Of a DNA stretch of 38,679 nucleotides, positions 17,272 to 27,527 are shown in pieces; position 1 is the stretch's first letter, and each line of letters opens with the position of its first letter. The notes below the pieces were generated by a model, which saw only the letters and a program-made list of their open reading frames with translations, did not search any database and was not told the origin of the DNA. This DNA comes from Chrysochromulina tobinii. Its lineage: Eukaryota. The stretch covers positions 1 through 38,679 of the forward strand of contig JWZX01003071.1 in NCBI GenBank assembly GCA_001275005.1. Reading direction: 5' to 3'. Position numbers and translations under genes: made by a program.

Positions 17272-18591
17272 CTACGGCTCCCAGTCAAGCTCCCAGCGGT
17301 CATACAGCTCACCATACTCCCACTCATCTGGTTCCCAACGTTTAGGATCATCTGGAGCATACCTACTGTTCATCAGGAAGAGGCCCAATTCGATCTGCCG
17401 CCACTTCTCCTCACGATTGGTGCGCTCCTTCCTCTCTTGCCTCACGAGATCCTCCTGCCTTTTGACCCCCTCCTCGAACAGTTTGTAGTTCTCCTTGGCC
17501 TCCCAGGCATCAATCTTTGCCCCATCGAGTGCATCAGCGGCCTCCATGTGAACGCGGCTGGCTGCACGCCACCTCACTGCCAACTCCGTCCGCTCCTTCG
17601 TGGCGATCTGCCAATTCTCGTCCGAGATCTGCAGCTGGCGGCGGGGGTTCTCCATCCACTTCTTCTTGTTCTCGTACGCCTGCTTAGCGCGCTCGCGCTC
17701 GCGCTTCGCGCCAGCGGCAAAGGCATCGGCCTGCATCAGCGCTCCCTCTGCTGCCCGCAGCGCACTCAGCAGGTCATGACGGCGGTTGCGAACCTCGCGC
17801 GCCGCTGCCTGCGCCGGAGTCTCTGATGGATCAGCGGGCTCAGCGGGCTCAGTGGGCTCAGCGGGCTCAGCGGGCTCAGCGGGCTCAGCGGGCTCAGCGG
17901 GCTCAGCGGGAAAGGGAAGCTCAACGGGGGCCATGCGCCTCGTATTTTCCTCCTTGGCTGCAGCGACCCACTCCTCCTCCGATGCGTGCTTTCGCTTGCG
18001 AACGCGCCGCGTTGGAGAGTCAAAGTTTGCCTGCAGCGTCGGTGCTCTCTTGGCCGCCTTGCGCCCGACCTTGAACGCGTCTTCATGTTCGATCAGGCGG
18101 CCGAGCCTCACGTCGCCAAGGAGCCATCCGAGCGCGACGACCCGGTCAAAGTTGCCGTAAGCCTGAGATAGAGCAGGCCCATGCTCGTCGCACAGCTCGT
18201 TGACCGCCCACCAGGCAAGCTGCACGAGCTCCTTGGTCACAATTGGCGTCAGCGCCTTCCGCCCGGAAGCCATGGGCCCTGAGGCGTCGAGCTTGAACAT
18301 CAACTTCGACCTCTCCGTGAGCTCAGCTGCTGACATCGTCGGCGCTGCTTCAGCAGGCTCAAGCCCGCCAGCTGCGGCATCAGCGGTGGCAGAACCAGCT
18401 GCTACCGGCGATGCCGTGATCGCAGGTCCTTCCGCATGATCAGCGTGGGCCCGCCCCTGCCACACGCGGGAGGAGCACGCATGAGTTGTGGCAGATACGT
18501 TGTAGGAGGCGCTGAATGTGCGGTCGGTGTGCAGCCAGCTCACCTCATCCTCATTGCGCTGCGGGCGGTTCCTGAATGGGCTTAGCGGCAT
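17272..18591 (-). CDS. Hypothetical protein with (AEP)n repeat and C-terminal coiled coil; probable 87-nt intron 18543-18457
   Basis: Long ORF with coding-like composition; GAG|GTGAGC...GGCAG in-frame intron candidate; start chosen at MPLSPFRN (uncertain). Confidence 0.55.
   Translation of the reverse strand: MPLSPFRNRPQRNEDEVSWLHTDRTFSASYNVSATTHACSSRVWQGRAHADHAEGPAITASPVAAGSATADAAAGGLEPAEAAPTMSAAELTERSKLMFKLDASGPMASGRKALTPIVTKELVQLAWWAVNELCDEHGPALSQAYGNFDRVVALGWLLGDVRLGRLIEHEDAFKVGRKAAKRAPTLQANFDSPTRRVRKRKHASEEEWVAAAKEENTRRMAPVELPFPAEPAEPAEPAEPAEPAEPTEPAEPADPSETPAQAAAREVRNRRHDLLSALRAAEGALMQADAFAAGAKRERERAKQAYENKKKWMENPRRQLQISDENWQIATKERTELAVRWRAASRVHMEAADALDGAKIDAWEAKENYKLFEEGVKRQEDLVRQERKERTNREEKWRQIELGLFLMNSRYAPDDPKRWEPDEWEYGELYDRWELDWEP
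17831..17910. repeat. ~9 copies of the 9-mer TCAGCGGGC (encodes PAE repeats on the minus strand)
   Basis: Direct reading. Confidence 0.95.
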
Positions 18592-19154
18592 GTCGAACGT
18601 GCTCTCGAATAGCGGCGGCGAAGAGACGGTATTCGGATGCAGGTTCACTCCTCACAACGGCGGCGACGAGTGGAGCCTCGCTGGGACCAGGCTTTTCCAT
18701 TGGTTTGGGAGAGAAAAACGAGCTGCGAGGTTCTTTTGGGGTCCCCAGAGGTGTCCGACCGAGCTAGCTATCATTTCCGCCGCGGAGCGACTGTCTACTT
18801 CGTGCTTTGGTGGCCGCTTTGGCGCTGCGACGTTCCGTTCTAGCTTCTACGGTTCCGACGCAACTTTTTTGATATCGCCCGGCCCCCGCGGCCGCGGCCC
18901 GTCGTGCTGGCGCGATCCAGCATCCACCCACCGCGCAATTTTCATGGGGCGTGGTCCGCGTCCCGCCAATTGGTAGGAAGCTCGACTTCGCCTCCTTGTT
19001 CAGCTACAAATCTCTCTCTCGCCGACTAAGGTCTTTTGGCGCACGCGGATTGGGACTTTCACTTTCCAAGACTGCGGCGTGCGGGAGGCCACGCTCTGTT
19101 GACGCTCTGCTCTCGGGCACCGTCCGGTCTATACCCCAGAATGTGTACGGCCGC

Positions 19155-19991
19155 TTAGGGCGCGCACGGGCACTCTTGTCGCATCCGTCGAACCGCGTGG
19201 TAGGTGTCGCAGCTCGGGTTGCACGAGTTGTGCCCCAGCTTGCGGCTGCTCTTGCTTAGCGCAGAGCCGTTACGAACGAGGTGGCACGGCAGGTGCACGT
19301 GCGGTGCCGCTGGTGCGTCCGCGTCCGCCGTCCACCACGCCCAGAGTGCTTGCTGCATGGTGGTGCCGCCGATGCGGTAGCCGATGAAGGCCTTGGTCGA
19401 CAGCCCCGCTACGTGCTCGTTGCACGAGGTGATGAACGCGCCACACCCGCGCCGCTCGAGCACGCCCGCCGCACGCAAGTCGGCTACAAAGGCATCGAGC
19501 ATGCGGTTGGTCTCGTCAACGTCCGCGTCGATCTGCTCCGAGATACACCAACAACTCGCAATCACTCGCAATCACTGGCAATCACTCGCCATCACTCGCC
19601 ATCACTCGTCATCACTCGTCATCACTCGCCGTCCCAGCGCAATCACTCGTCATCACTCGCAATCACGCAATCAATTGCCTGCTCCGAGGTACACCCGGCG
19701 GCGCCGTCCCAGCGACAGCGCGCGAAGCGACGCCACACATTGACCATCTGCCACGCGTCGATGGCCGAGTTGATGACGAAGACGGGCACGCGCAGTGCCG
19801 CCGCCGCGTGCCGCCCAAACAGGCATCGCCAGCGCTGCGCTTCCGGAAGGTCATGCCCGCAACCTCCCTCGAGCAGCGCTCCTGTGCAGTTGTGCAGCTC
19901 GCACATGCGTCGCATCTTAGAGACCCACGGCATGCAAGTGGTGGAGGAGGCGTGGCCGCGGCGGCACTCGGGCGCGTCGTCGGCGGCGTGC

Positions 19992-20062
<71 letters not shown>

Positions 20063-20809
20063 GAGCCGCCGGCCAAGGCGGATGTCGGTGCCAGTGTCCG
20101 GTGCCGCCTCAGGACCGGGCTCAGGCGATGCGCGGCCAGAGTCGCTGGCGACGGGTGCGGCGGAGCTGCCAGTGCTACCGAGAGCGCCCCGGCGGCTGCT
20201 TCTGCTCCGGGCGCTGCGCTGCTCCAGAAAGTAGCCCGAGAGGATCATCACCTTGAAGCGGCGCGCTCTTGGCAGCTCCGCTCGTAGCCACGGGGCCGCA
20301 TGCATCGCGGCGATGCCGCCGGCGGACCCACCGGTGAAGAGCACCTCGTCGGCGTCTCGCAGGCCCAGCTCGAGCGCCGCCGCAATCTGCGCTGCGAACA
20401 CGCGCCGGCCGCGCAAGTAGAGCAGCTTGCCGTCGGCCATCGTGATCGGCGTGGCACGGTCGCCAGCAAAGGAGGCGCCGTCGCAGTAGTGCAGATGCAG
20501 CCGATGAAAGCTGGCAAACCCAGGATTGACAGCATCATTCTCGTCCATCGGGCCGGCGTACGGCCAGAAGCTCTTCGGGGCGCTGCTCGTCGAGCCCTTG
20601 AAGCCACGCGCGCGGCTCTCGCAGCTATGCTGATCGTAGCACCAAGCGCCGCCGTCGAGAAAGATGAGCCAGGATCGCGCAGTGGCCGCCGAGTTAGCCG
20701 CCTGGTACCAGAAGCCAGGCACAGTGCCGTCGAGGCAGTAGGCGCCCAGCGCGAGCGCGCGGGAAGGTCCGACGCTATGGAAGGAGGTAGGGCGCGTCCC
20801 TCTGCCCAT
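19155..20809 (-). CDS. Pectin acetylesterase / Notum-family alpha/beta hydrolase, two exons (20809-19679, 19532-19155), ~502 aa
   Basis: CLDGT, FLDGGAWC, YCDGASFAG, GGSAGG nucleophile motif, D in NSAIDAWQ, FITSCNEH and terminal CNPSC; phase-0 GC-AG intron 19678-19533 joins ORFs 19643..20809 and 19155..19571. Confidence 0.88.
19533..19678 (-). other. GC-AG intron made largely of ~10-nt GAGTGATTGC/GAGTGATGAC repeats
   Basis: CAG|GCAATT donor and ...GGAGCAG| acceptor; removal restores the PAE reading frame. Confidence 0.8.
19994..20062. repeat. (CTG)23 microsatellite (one variant codon) encoding 23 Ser in the PAE gene
   Basis: Direct reading. Confidence 0.95.
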
Positions 20810-20870
20810 GGCGCCGCTCCTCTTTCCGACACCCCAGGGTCCGAAGGCACGTGCGCGCGCGCCGCGCGAC

Positions 20871-20932
20871 GAACTTGACGTGACGCGACTTGTTTGAACT
20901 TGAACTTGAACTTGTACTTGAACTTGACTTGA
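20871..20932. promoter_or_regulatory. (A)ACTTG repeat array between divergent PAE and AKR genes
   Basis: About 8 ACTTG units between ATGs at 20809(-) and 21011(+); same core as 1399-1435. Confidence 0.4.
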
Positions 20933-21010
20933 TTTTCACGCAGGCCAAACTTGCCGACGTCTCCGTGGCCTTCCTGCATCCCCGCGGCGTCCCCGGGAAG
21001 AATCTTCACC

Positions 21011-22372
21011 ATGTCGGTCATTCGCAAAACAGAGCTGACCAAGGTGAAGTTTGGTCGGAGTGACATGATGGTCACCGAGTGCTGCATTGGCACGATGACC
21101 TGGGGCTCATTCAACGGTAAGGAGGAGGAGGCGTTCGCGCAGCTCGACAAAGCGGTGGAGATGGGCGCAAACTTCTTTGACACCGCTGAGCTGTACCCCG
21201 TTGCCTTCAACTACGGCAAGACGACCGAGGCGTGGATGGGCAAGTGGCTGACCGCACGCACACGCGAGGGCAAGATCAAACGCCAGGACCTGTACATCGC
21301 GACCAAGTGCAACCCGTCGCGGATTGGTGGGCCCGACTGGATTGAAGGCGTGGATGGGCCAGGCAAAAACATGCCCGCCGGCTACTGCCACTCTTATGAA
21401 GCCGACATCCTCGAGAAGTCATGCCGCGCCTCGATCGAGCGCCTGTGCTGCGGCTACATCGACCTGTACCAGCTCCACTGGCCGACGCGCGACTGCCCCA
21501 TCTTTGGCTGCTTCTCGTTCTCGCCAGCCGGTGTCAACCGGCCGATGCCGCATGCAAATACGCTTGCGCCGGGCGAGCCGGGCTACGCCGTCTTCGAGCG
21601 CCAGCTGCTCGCGATCAAGCGGCTGCTCGACGCGGGTCTCATCAAGAATTGGGGCCTGAGCAACGAGAACGCCTTCGGCATCACGATGTTCTGCACACTC
21701 GCCGACAAGCTCGGCATGGCGCGTCCGGTCTCGTGCCAGAACGACTTCAGCCTGCTCAACCGCACGTACGAGAGCGACACCTGGGAGGCCGCCTACCGCT
21801 TCGGCGTCGTCGGGCTCCCGTATGGTTGCCTCGCAGGAGGCGTTCTGACGGGTAAGTACTTTGACGGCACCAAGTGGTCTCAGGCCGCTGCTGCCGACCG
21901 ACCGCTCGACCTCTGCCGTATGCGCAAGGAGAAGGACTTCCAGCCGCGGTACGGCATGCCCATGGCGATGCTCGCCGCGGCCGAGTACATCAAGCTCGCC
22001 GAGCAGTACGGAATCACGCCGACGGAGCTGGCGCTGTCGTGGGCGCGCCAGCGCCAGTGCAACACGTCGATCATTACCGGCACGACCACGGTGCTGCAGA
22101 TGGAGGAGTGCATCAACGCGTTCAAGATCGAGCTCCCCGAGGAGCTCATGAAGGCCGTCGACGTGCTGCACGAGCAGTACCGCCACCCGACGCAGTACTT
22201 TGTCGACAAGCCGGCCTGCATGGACGCCAAATGGCTCGGATCGGCCGCGCGCTCAGCCAAGGATCCGCAAGGCCGTCTCACGAGCGCGGCGCGCTCGCCG
22301 CTCGTCCGGGTGGCCGTCGCAGCCGCCGCCGCGGGTGCAGCCGTTGCGCTGCTCATCACGCGCCCTAAGTAG
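21011..22372 (+). CDS. Aldo-keto reductase (Tas-like) with C-terminal hydrophobic tail
   Basis: GTMTWG, FFDTAELY (D, Y), IATK, IDLYQLHWP, GLSNE, LAGGVLTGKY: complete D-Y-K-H tetrad; start MSVIRK at 21011. Confidence 0.93.
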   Translation: MSVIRKTELTKVKFGRSDMMVTECCIGTMTWGSFNGKEEEAFAQLDKAVEMGANFFDTAELYPVAFNYGKTTEAWMGKWLTARTREGKIKRQDLYIATKCNPSRIGGPDWIEGVDGPGKNMPAGYCHSYEADILEKSCRASIERLCCGYIDLYQLHWPTRDCPIFGCFSFSPAGVNRPMPHANTLAPGEPGYAVFERQLLAIKRLLDAGLIKNWGLSNENAFGITMFCTLADKLGMARPVSCQNDFSLLNRTYESDTWEAAYRFGVVGLPYGCLAGGVLTGKYFDGTKWSQAAAADRPLDLCRMRKEKDFQPRYGMPMAMLAAAEYIKLAEQYGITPTELALSWARQRQCNTSIITGTTTVLQMEECINAFKIELPEELMKAVDVLHEQYRHPTQYFVDKPACMDAKWLGSAARSAKDPQGRLTSAARSPLVRVAVAAAAAGAAVALLITRPK

Positions 22373-23229
22373 ACCACACGCCTTGCGGCAGCGAGCATTT
22401 CGCGAGCATGTGGGATGTGTGCCGAGGGGACGGGTGGGGGGGAGCGGGGCGAGCTGAGCAGCAGACCCACATGACGCATCAACGGGCGAGCGTAGGGTCC
22501 CTGGAGAGCCGCTTCGACTTAACTTAGGCTCTCTCTGAGAGCGCTATAGGGGCGTAGGGGGCCGTCGCTATCTCTGCTGCCGGTGCTGGTGCTGCAGGGA
22601 CTCTTCGTTCGCATCGCGCCTCTCCTAATCAGAAGCGCCGCTGGCTCCGAAGCTCGATCGCGCCCGCGTCGCAACTTGCATGTGTGCCGGGATCGCGCGC
22701 GTTCCGGCGCGACTTAAGCGCGGCTTCACCGTTTTTACCGGCGCGACGCGCGAGCAGCCGCGGCGCTCGCGTTCCGGGCGGATCGCGGATCCCGCTTCCC
22801 GGCGCGGCATCGCGGCTATCGACCGCATCTCGATAAGGTCGATTAACAATTTTTTCCCGTCCCGTCGCTCACGGCGGGCGCTCATCCCACCATAATCGGA
22901 AGAGCCCGAGAGAGCGAGTACTTAGTACTTGAGTGACCGAGGGGTGCGGAGCCGTTGAGACTGACAGGTGTGGTGAGCGCGGGGGGGACCGCGCGACGTG
23001 AAAGCGTGAAAAACAAACTGCGCTGAGAGACTCGGAGCCCATACGCGCCACACAGTCACCCAATACGAAAATTGTTTCGCCATCAAAATGTTGCAAATTT
23101 TGTCCCCGCTCCGCCTCTTTCACGGGAGAACGTCGCCACATTCGGACACGCCCCTGGGGTCCTGCTCTTGTGGTGCTTGGTGCCGCGGGCCCACAAAGGG
23201 CTTACCGTAGTTGGCGCGCTCTAGGCAGC

Positions 23230-26073
23230 ATGATGCCGCCGCCGACCGAACGATTTTGCACCGTGCTCATTAACTCGGACAAGGCCCCGCCTCCGAATGA
23301 GGAGGAGCTGCGGGAGGAGCTCGAGTCCAAGGATATTGAAAAGAAGGTGGTGGGCTTGAAGAAGCTGATCTCGCTGCTGTTGAACGGGGAGAGCATGCCC
23401 AAAATGCTCATGGTGGTCATTCGTTTTTGTGTCACTTGCGACGACCACAAGATCAAGAAGCTGCTTCTGATCTACTGGGAGGTTTGCGAGAAGCACGGAC
23501 CGGATGGCAAGCTTCTGCCAGAGATGATCCTCGTGACCAACGCAATCCGGAACGACCTCGTGCATCCGAGTGAGTGGGTCCGCGGGTGCACGCTTCGTTT
23601 CATGTGCAAGCTCAAGGAGGCCGAGATCCTCGAGCCGCTCATCCCCGTCGTCAAGAATAACCTCGAGCACCGCCATGCTTACGTGCGCCGGAACGCCGTG
23701 CTCGCCGTGTTCTTGATCTTCAAGAACTTTGAGCACATGATCCCCGACGGGCCCGAGCTGGTGGAGAAGGTGCTCCAGGCCGAGGCCGACCCCTCGTGCA
23801 AGCGCAATGCCTTCCTCATGCTCTTCTCGTGCGACCAAGAGCGAGCTGTCCACTTCCTTTCCAACAACCTCGATCAGGTCGCCAACTACAGCGACACGCT
23901 GCAGCTCGTCGTGCTTGAGCTGATCCGCAAGGTCGTCAAGTCCAACCCGCTCGATAAGTCCAAGTACGTGCGCTGCATCCTCACCCTCTTCAACTCCTCC
24001 TCGAGCGCGGTCGTGTATGAGTGCGCCTCGACGATGATTGCGCTCTCGTCCTCAGCTACCGCGATCAAGGCGGCGGCGAGCTCGTACACGCAGCTGCTCG
24101 CGACCCAATCCGATAACAACATCAAGCTGATCGTGCTGGAGCGCCTGCAGGACCTGAAGAAGCAGCACCCCAAAGTCCTCTCCGAGCTCATCATGGATAT
24201 CCTCCGCGCCCTCGCCTCGGCCAACCTCGACATCCGCAAGAAGACGCTCGACATCATCCTCGACCTCGTCACCCCGGCGACCATCCCGGAGGTGATGCAG
24301 GTGCTCAAGAAGGAGGTGGCCAAGACGGCCGGCGAGGACGGCGACAAGAGCGCCGAGTACCGCGCGATCCTCATCTCCTCCATTCACAAGTCAACGACCA
24401 AGTTCCCCGAAGCCGTCTCCACCGTCGTTCCCATCCTGATGGACTTTTTGGGCGACAGCAACCAGGCGTCGGCTGTCGACGTGATCCTGTACGTGCGCGA
24501 GATCGTCGAGACCTACCCACACCTGCGCGAGGCCACCATGCGCAAGCTGCTGCAGTCCTTCCCGACGATTCACTCCTCCCGAGTCGCGCGCGTCGCTCTC
24601 TGGCTGGTGGGCGAGTACTGCACCGAGGCGCAGGACGTGGCGCTCGCGTTCACCACGCTGAAGGAGGGGCTGGGCGAGCTGCCCTTTGCCTTGGAAGCCA
24701 AGGAAGAGGCGCCGGCTGCTGCCAAGCCGACGACGCAGCCAGTCGGCCGCCCAGTCGTCCTCAAGGACGGCACCTATGGGCATACATCGGCGGCGACGGA
24801 GGGGAGCGCCGGGGCCGTGCCCGACTCTGGCAAGCTGCGTGCGCTCTTGTGCGGGGGTGATTTCTTCCTCGCGACTGTTGTGGCGACGACGATGACGAAG
24901 CTCGCGCTGCGCACGCGGGCGCACGTGCCCGTCCGGACCGCCAATCTTGTCTGTGCGGATGTGCTCTTGATCTTGACTGGCCTCTTGCAGATGGGGCAGG
25001 CGGGGAAAGGCATCCCGCCGATCGATAAGGACTCGCACGAACGTATCACCATCTACCTTCAGATCCTGTCCAATCCTTCTGACGAGCTCAGCCAGCTTTG
25101 CCTTGTCGAGTGCCGCGAAGCTTTCTCGGCTATGCTGGCCGAGCGCCACGCGGCTGAAGCCGTGGACGCTCCCAAAGCGGACGCCGCACTCGAGGTGAAT
25201 CGACAGACCGACGACCTCATCTCCGTGCGGCAGCTCCGGGGACGTGCGCAAGATCCGACCTTTATGGATCTCGACGACGACGATGACGCGGCCTTTTCTA
25301 AGGCCACGGGCGGTGGGGCGAAGGAGGACTTTGCGGAGCGTCTCAAGCGAGTGACCCAGCTGACTGGTTTGTCGGACACGGTGTACGCGGAGGCGTACGT
25401 GACCGTACACTCGTACGACATCATGCTGGACCTGTTGCTGATCAACCAGTCCAAGGAGACCATGTACAACATGTGCCTCGAGCTGGCTACAGTGGGCGAT
25501 CTCAAGCTCTGCGACAGGCCCCAGAGCTACACGCTCAAAGCCGGCGAAAGCAAGCACATTAAGACGAACATCAAGGTGTCTTCCACCGAGACCGGCATCG
25601 TTTTTGGGACGATCGTCTACGACAACGCTCCTACCGGCAACACGCAGGATCGGAACTGCGTGGTGCTCAACGACATCCACATTGACATCATGGACTACAT
25701 CAATGCCGCGTCCTGCACCGACTTGGCGTTCCGTGCCATGTGGGCCGAGTTCGAATGGGAAAACAAGGTGGCCATCGACACGGACATCACCGACGTGCAT
25801 GTGTTCCTCGCACACCTGGTCACCTCGACGAAGATGAAGTGCCTCACTCCCGCGTCGGCGCTCGAGGGCGAGTCGCGCTTCCTCGCCGCCAATTTGTATG
25901 CAAAGTCCACCTTTGGAGAGGACGCCTTGGTCAACGTGTCGCTGGAGAAGCGCTCGGCTGGAAGCCTCTGTGGATACATTCGCATTCGCTCCAAGACGCA
26001 GGGCATCGCGCTCTCCCTCGGAGACAAGCTGACGCTCAAAATGAAGCGCAAGGGGGCAGGGGCAATGACCTGA
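23230..26073 (+). CDS. COPB1: Coatomer subunit beta (beta-COP / Sec26), intronless
   Basis: Conserved LLLIYWE, EMILVTNAIRNDLVHP, RGCTLRF, LEHRHAYVRRNA, QLTGLSDTVYAEAY, WAEFEWENKV, RIRSKTQGIALSLGDK. Confidence 0.97.
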   Translation: MMPPPTERFCTVLINSDKAPPPNEEELREELESKDIEKKVVGLKKLISLLLNGESMPKMLMVVIRFCVTCDDHKIKKLLLIYWEVCEKHGPDGKLLPEMILVTNAIRNDLVHPSEWVRGCTLRFMCKLKEAEILEPLIPVVKNNLEHRHAYVRRNAVLAVFLIFKNFEHMIPDGPELVEKVLQAEADPSCKRNAFLMLFSCDQERAVHFLSNNLDQVANYSDTLQLVVLELIRKVVKSNPLDKSKYVRCILTLFNSSSSAVVYECASTMIALSSSATAIKAAASSYTQLLATQSDNNIKLIVLERLQDLKKQHPKVLSELIMDILRALASANLDIRKKTLDIILDLVTPATIPEVMQVLKKEVAKTAGEDGDKSAEYRAILISSIHKSTTKFPEAVSTVVPILMDFLGDSNQASAVDVILYVREIVETYPHLREATMRKLLQSFPTIHSSRVARVALWLVGEYCTEAQDVALAFTTLKEGLGELPFALEAKEEAPAAAKPTTQPVGRPVVLKDGTYGHTSAATEGSAGAVPDSGKLRALLCGGDFFLATVVATTMTKLALRTRAHVPVRTANLVCADVLLILTGLLQMGQAGKGIPPIDKDSHERITIYLQILSNPSDELSQLCLVECREAFSAMLAERHAAEAVDAPKADAALEVNRQTDDLISVRQLRGRAQDPTFMDLDDDDDAAFSKATGGGAKEDFAERLKRVTQLTGLSDTVYAEAYVTVHSYDIMLDLLLINQSKETMYNMCLELATVGDLKLCDRPQSYTLKAGESKHIKTNIKVSSTETGIVFGTIVYDNAPTGNTQDRNCVVLNDIHIDIMDYINAASCTDLAFRAMWAEFEWENKVAIDTDITDVHVFLAHLVTSTKMKCLTPASALEGESRFLAANLYAKSTFGEDALVNVSLEKRSAGSLCGYIRIRSKTQGIALSLGDKLTLKMKRKGAGAMT

Positions 26074-26424
26074 TTTGCCTTGCGAACCAACACAGCGCAA
26101 CGTAGCACGGACGTGAAGCAATAGCGCTCCCATGTGCCACCGCACGGCCCGGGCCCTCGGGGCTGACATCACGCACACACGAGCAACGTTCTCGTTGTCG
26201 ACGGGTCAGGTTGGGAGCGCTTTTTTGCTTCGTAAACCCCTCGGAACTTGTGCTGCGCACTGGTTGGGTTTACCATTCTCGTGTACGCGTGAACTACACA
26301 GCCGGCAGGCCCCGAACCTTGCACCGTCCGCATGCTGCACTGTTGAAGATGTTTGTTGATGTTTGCCCCAAAAATGGAAACGGAAAGTCATCTTGCTCGC
26401 CATGCTGAGAGGGCGAGAGGGCGA

Positions 26425-27291
26425 ATGTCATCTTGCTCGCCATGCTGCAAGCCTTCCAAGTTCAACGTCGCGTTCTGGGTTATCATGACCTTTATTGGCG
26501 CCTGCCAAATCCTCGCATGCGCGCTTCAGTTGCGCTCGGCATCGGCCGGGCTCCATGATGATACCGTTTGCATTGTGGAGACCATCCACTTGCTCACTGC
26601 GCCGCCAGCCACATGCCCGGTGCCCGAAGTGGATGCATTGGACCAGATCTCACAGGAGTCTATCAAACAAGTCGTTATGGCCCTCGACTGGGGGGATGCC
26701 GCCATGATGGCACCCGGCGCCATTTATGTTGGCGTCCTTCTACTTGCGGTGCTCTTCGCAATCATTGCGCTCGGATGTACAGGGGAGTGTGCACCGACGA
26801 CAAGCAAGCTCTTCATCTTCCTCGGCTGGTTTGCGGCGGTGGTCGCATTCATCTTCTTCGCCATCTGCGCGGCAGTTGGCTCCGTGTCGAAGTTTCCGGA
26901 GGCGTCCGGCTTCTGGGACGCCACTATCGTCCAACCGTGCGACACGTCCACTGTGACCTTCAAGAGCGAGCTCAACAAAGCGAACGCCACCGTGCAGCAG
27001 TGCTTTCGGACTTCGCCCGATCCGCAGGTCGACTGCGCTCAAGCGAGCTCCCTCCTCGACTGCGCCGCCGCACAGATGGTCCTATTGAACCGCTTCTGCG
27101 GCTGCGCGACGCCGTTTCTGGTAATGACAGAGCCGCTCGCGGCGCCAGGGCTGTTGGGCGCGGGCGCGACTCTCCTCGGCCTCATATCCTCGCTCGGCCT
27201 GTGCTGCTCACTCGCGTGCTGCGGCTCCTTCACGCACGCCATCAAGGCCACGAAGGATTCCAGTGAAAAGACTCCACTCATCCGTAAGTAG
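26425..27291 (+). CDS. Cys-rich four-transmembrane protein (tetraspanin-like topology)
   Basis: Four hydrophobic segments (VAFWVIMTFIGACQILACAL; IYVGVLLLAVLFAIIALG; LFIFLGWFAAVVAFIFFAICAAVG; GLLGAGATLLGLISSLGLCC) and a Cys-containing loop between TM3 and TM4. A 21-bp direct repeat (26387-26407 / 26427-26447) overlaps the start. Confidence 0.65.
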   Translation: MSSCSPCCKPSKFNVAFWVIMTFIGACQILACALQLRSASAGLHDDTVCIVETIHLLTAPPATCPVPEVDALDQISQESIKQVVMALDWGDAAMMAPGAIYVGVLLLAVLFAIIALGCTGECAPTTSKLFIFLGWFAAVVAFIFFAICAAVGSVSKFPEASGFWDATIVQPCDTSTVTFKSELNKANATVQQCFRTSPDPQVDCAQASSLLDCAAAQMVLLNRFCGCATPFLVMTEPLAAPGLLGAGATLLGLISSLGLCCSLACCGSFTHAIKATKDSSEKTPLIRK

Positions 27292-27527
27292 CGACTACTC
27301 GAGCGACTCTTATAGCGTGTTTGCCGTCGACGGCAGAGGCGACAAGATGTGTCTCCATGGTACATGTAAAGCATAGCCGTATACACAGTACTCGTCGTAG
27401 CTCGTACTTTAGCTCGTGCATGTATACATTGTACATTACGCGTCTCTTTCGCTGCCACACCCTCAGGAGGTCGCGGCTAGTATCTCTCGCAGAGAGGCGC
27501 CGCCTCGCGTCGTGCTGTGATCGTATA

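Noticed and set aside
17164..17826. 220-aa hydrophobic plus-strand ORF
   Set aside because: Antisense of the Glu/Lys-rich coiled-coil region of the minus-strand gene.
16610..18900. Possible TIR pair (GGGCCGCG..CGCGGGGGC at ~16610 and its complement at ~18881-18900) around ORF 17272..18648
   Set aside because: The match is short, purely G/C and does not extend; no transposase motifs or TSD.
19281..20234. ORF with a poly-Leu stretch that looks like a TM helix
   Set aside because: It is the antisense reading of the poly-Ser CTG tract and the repeat intron of the PAE gene.
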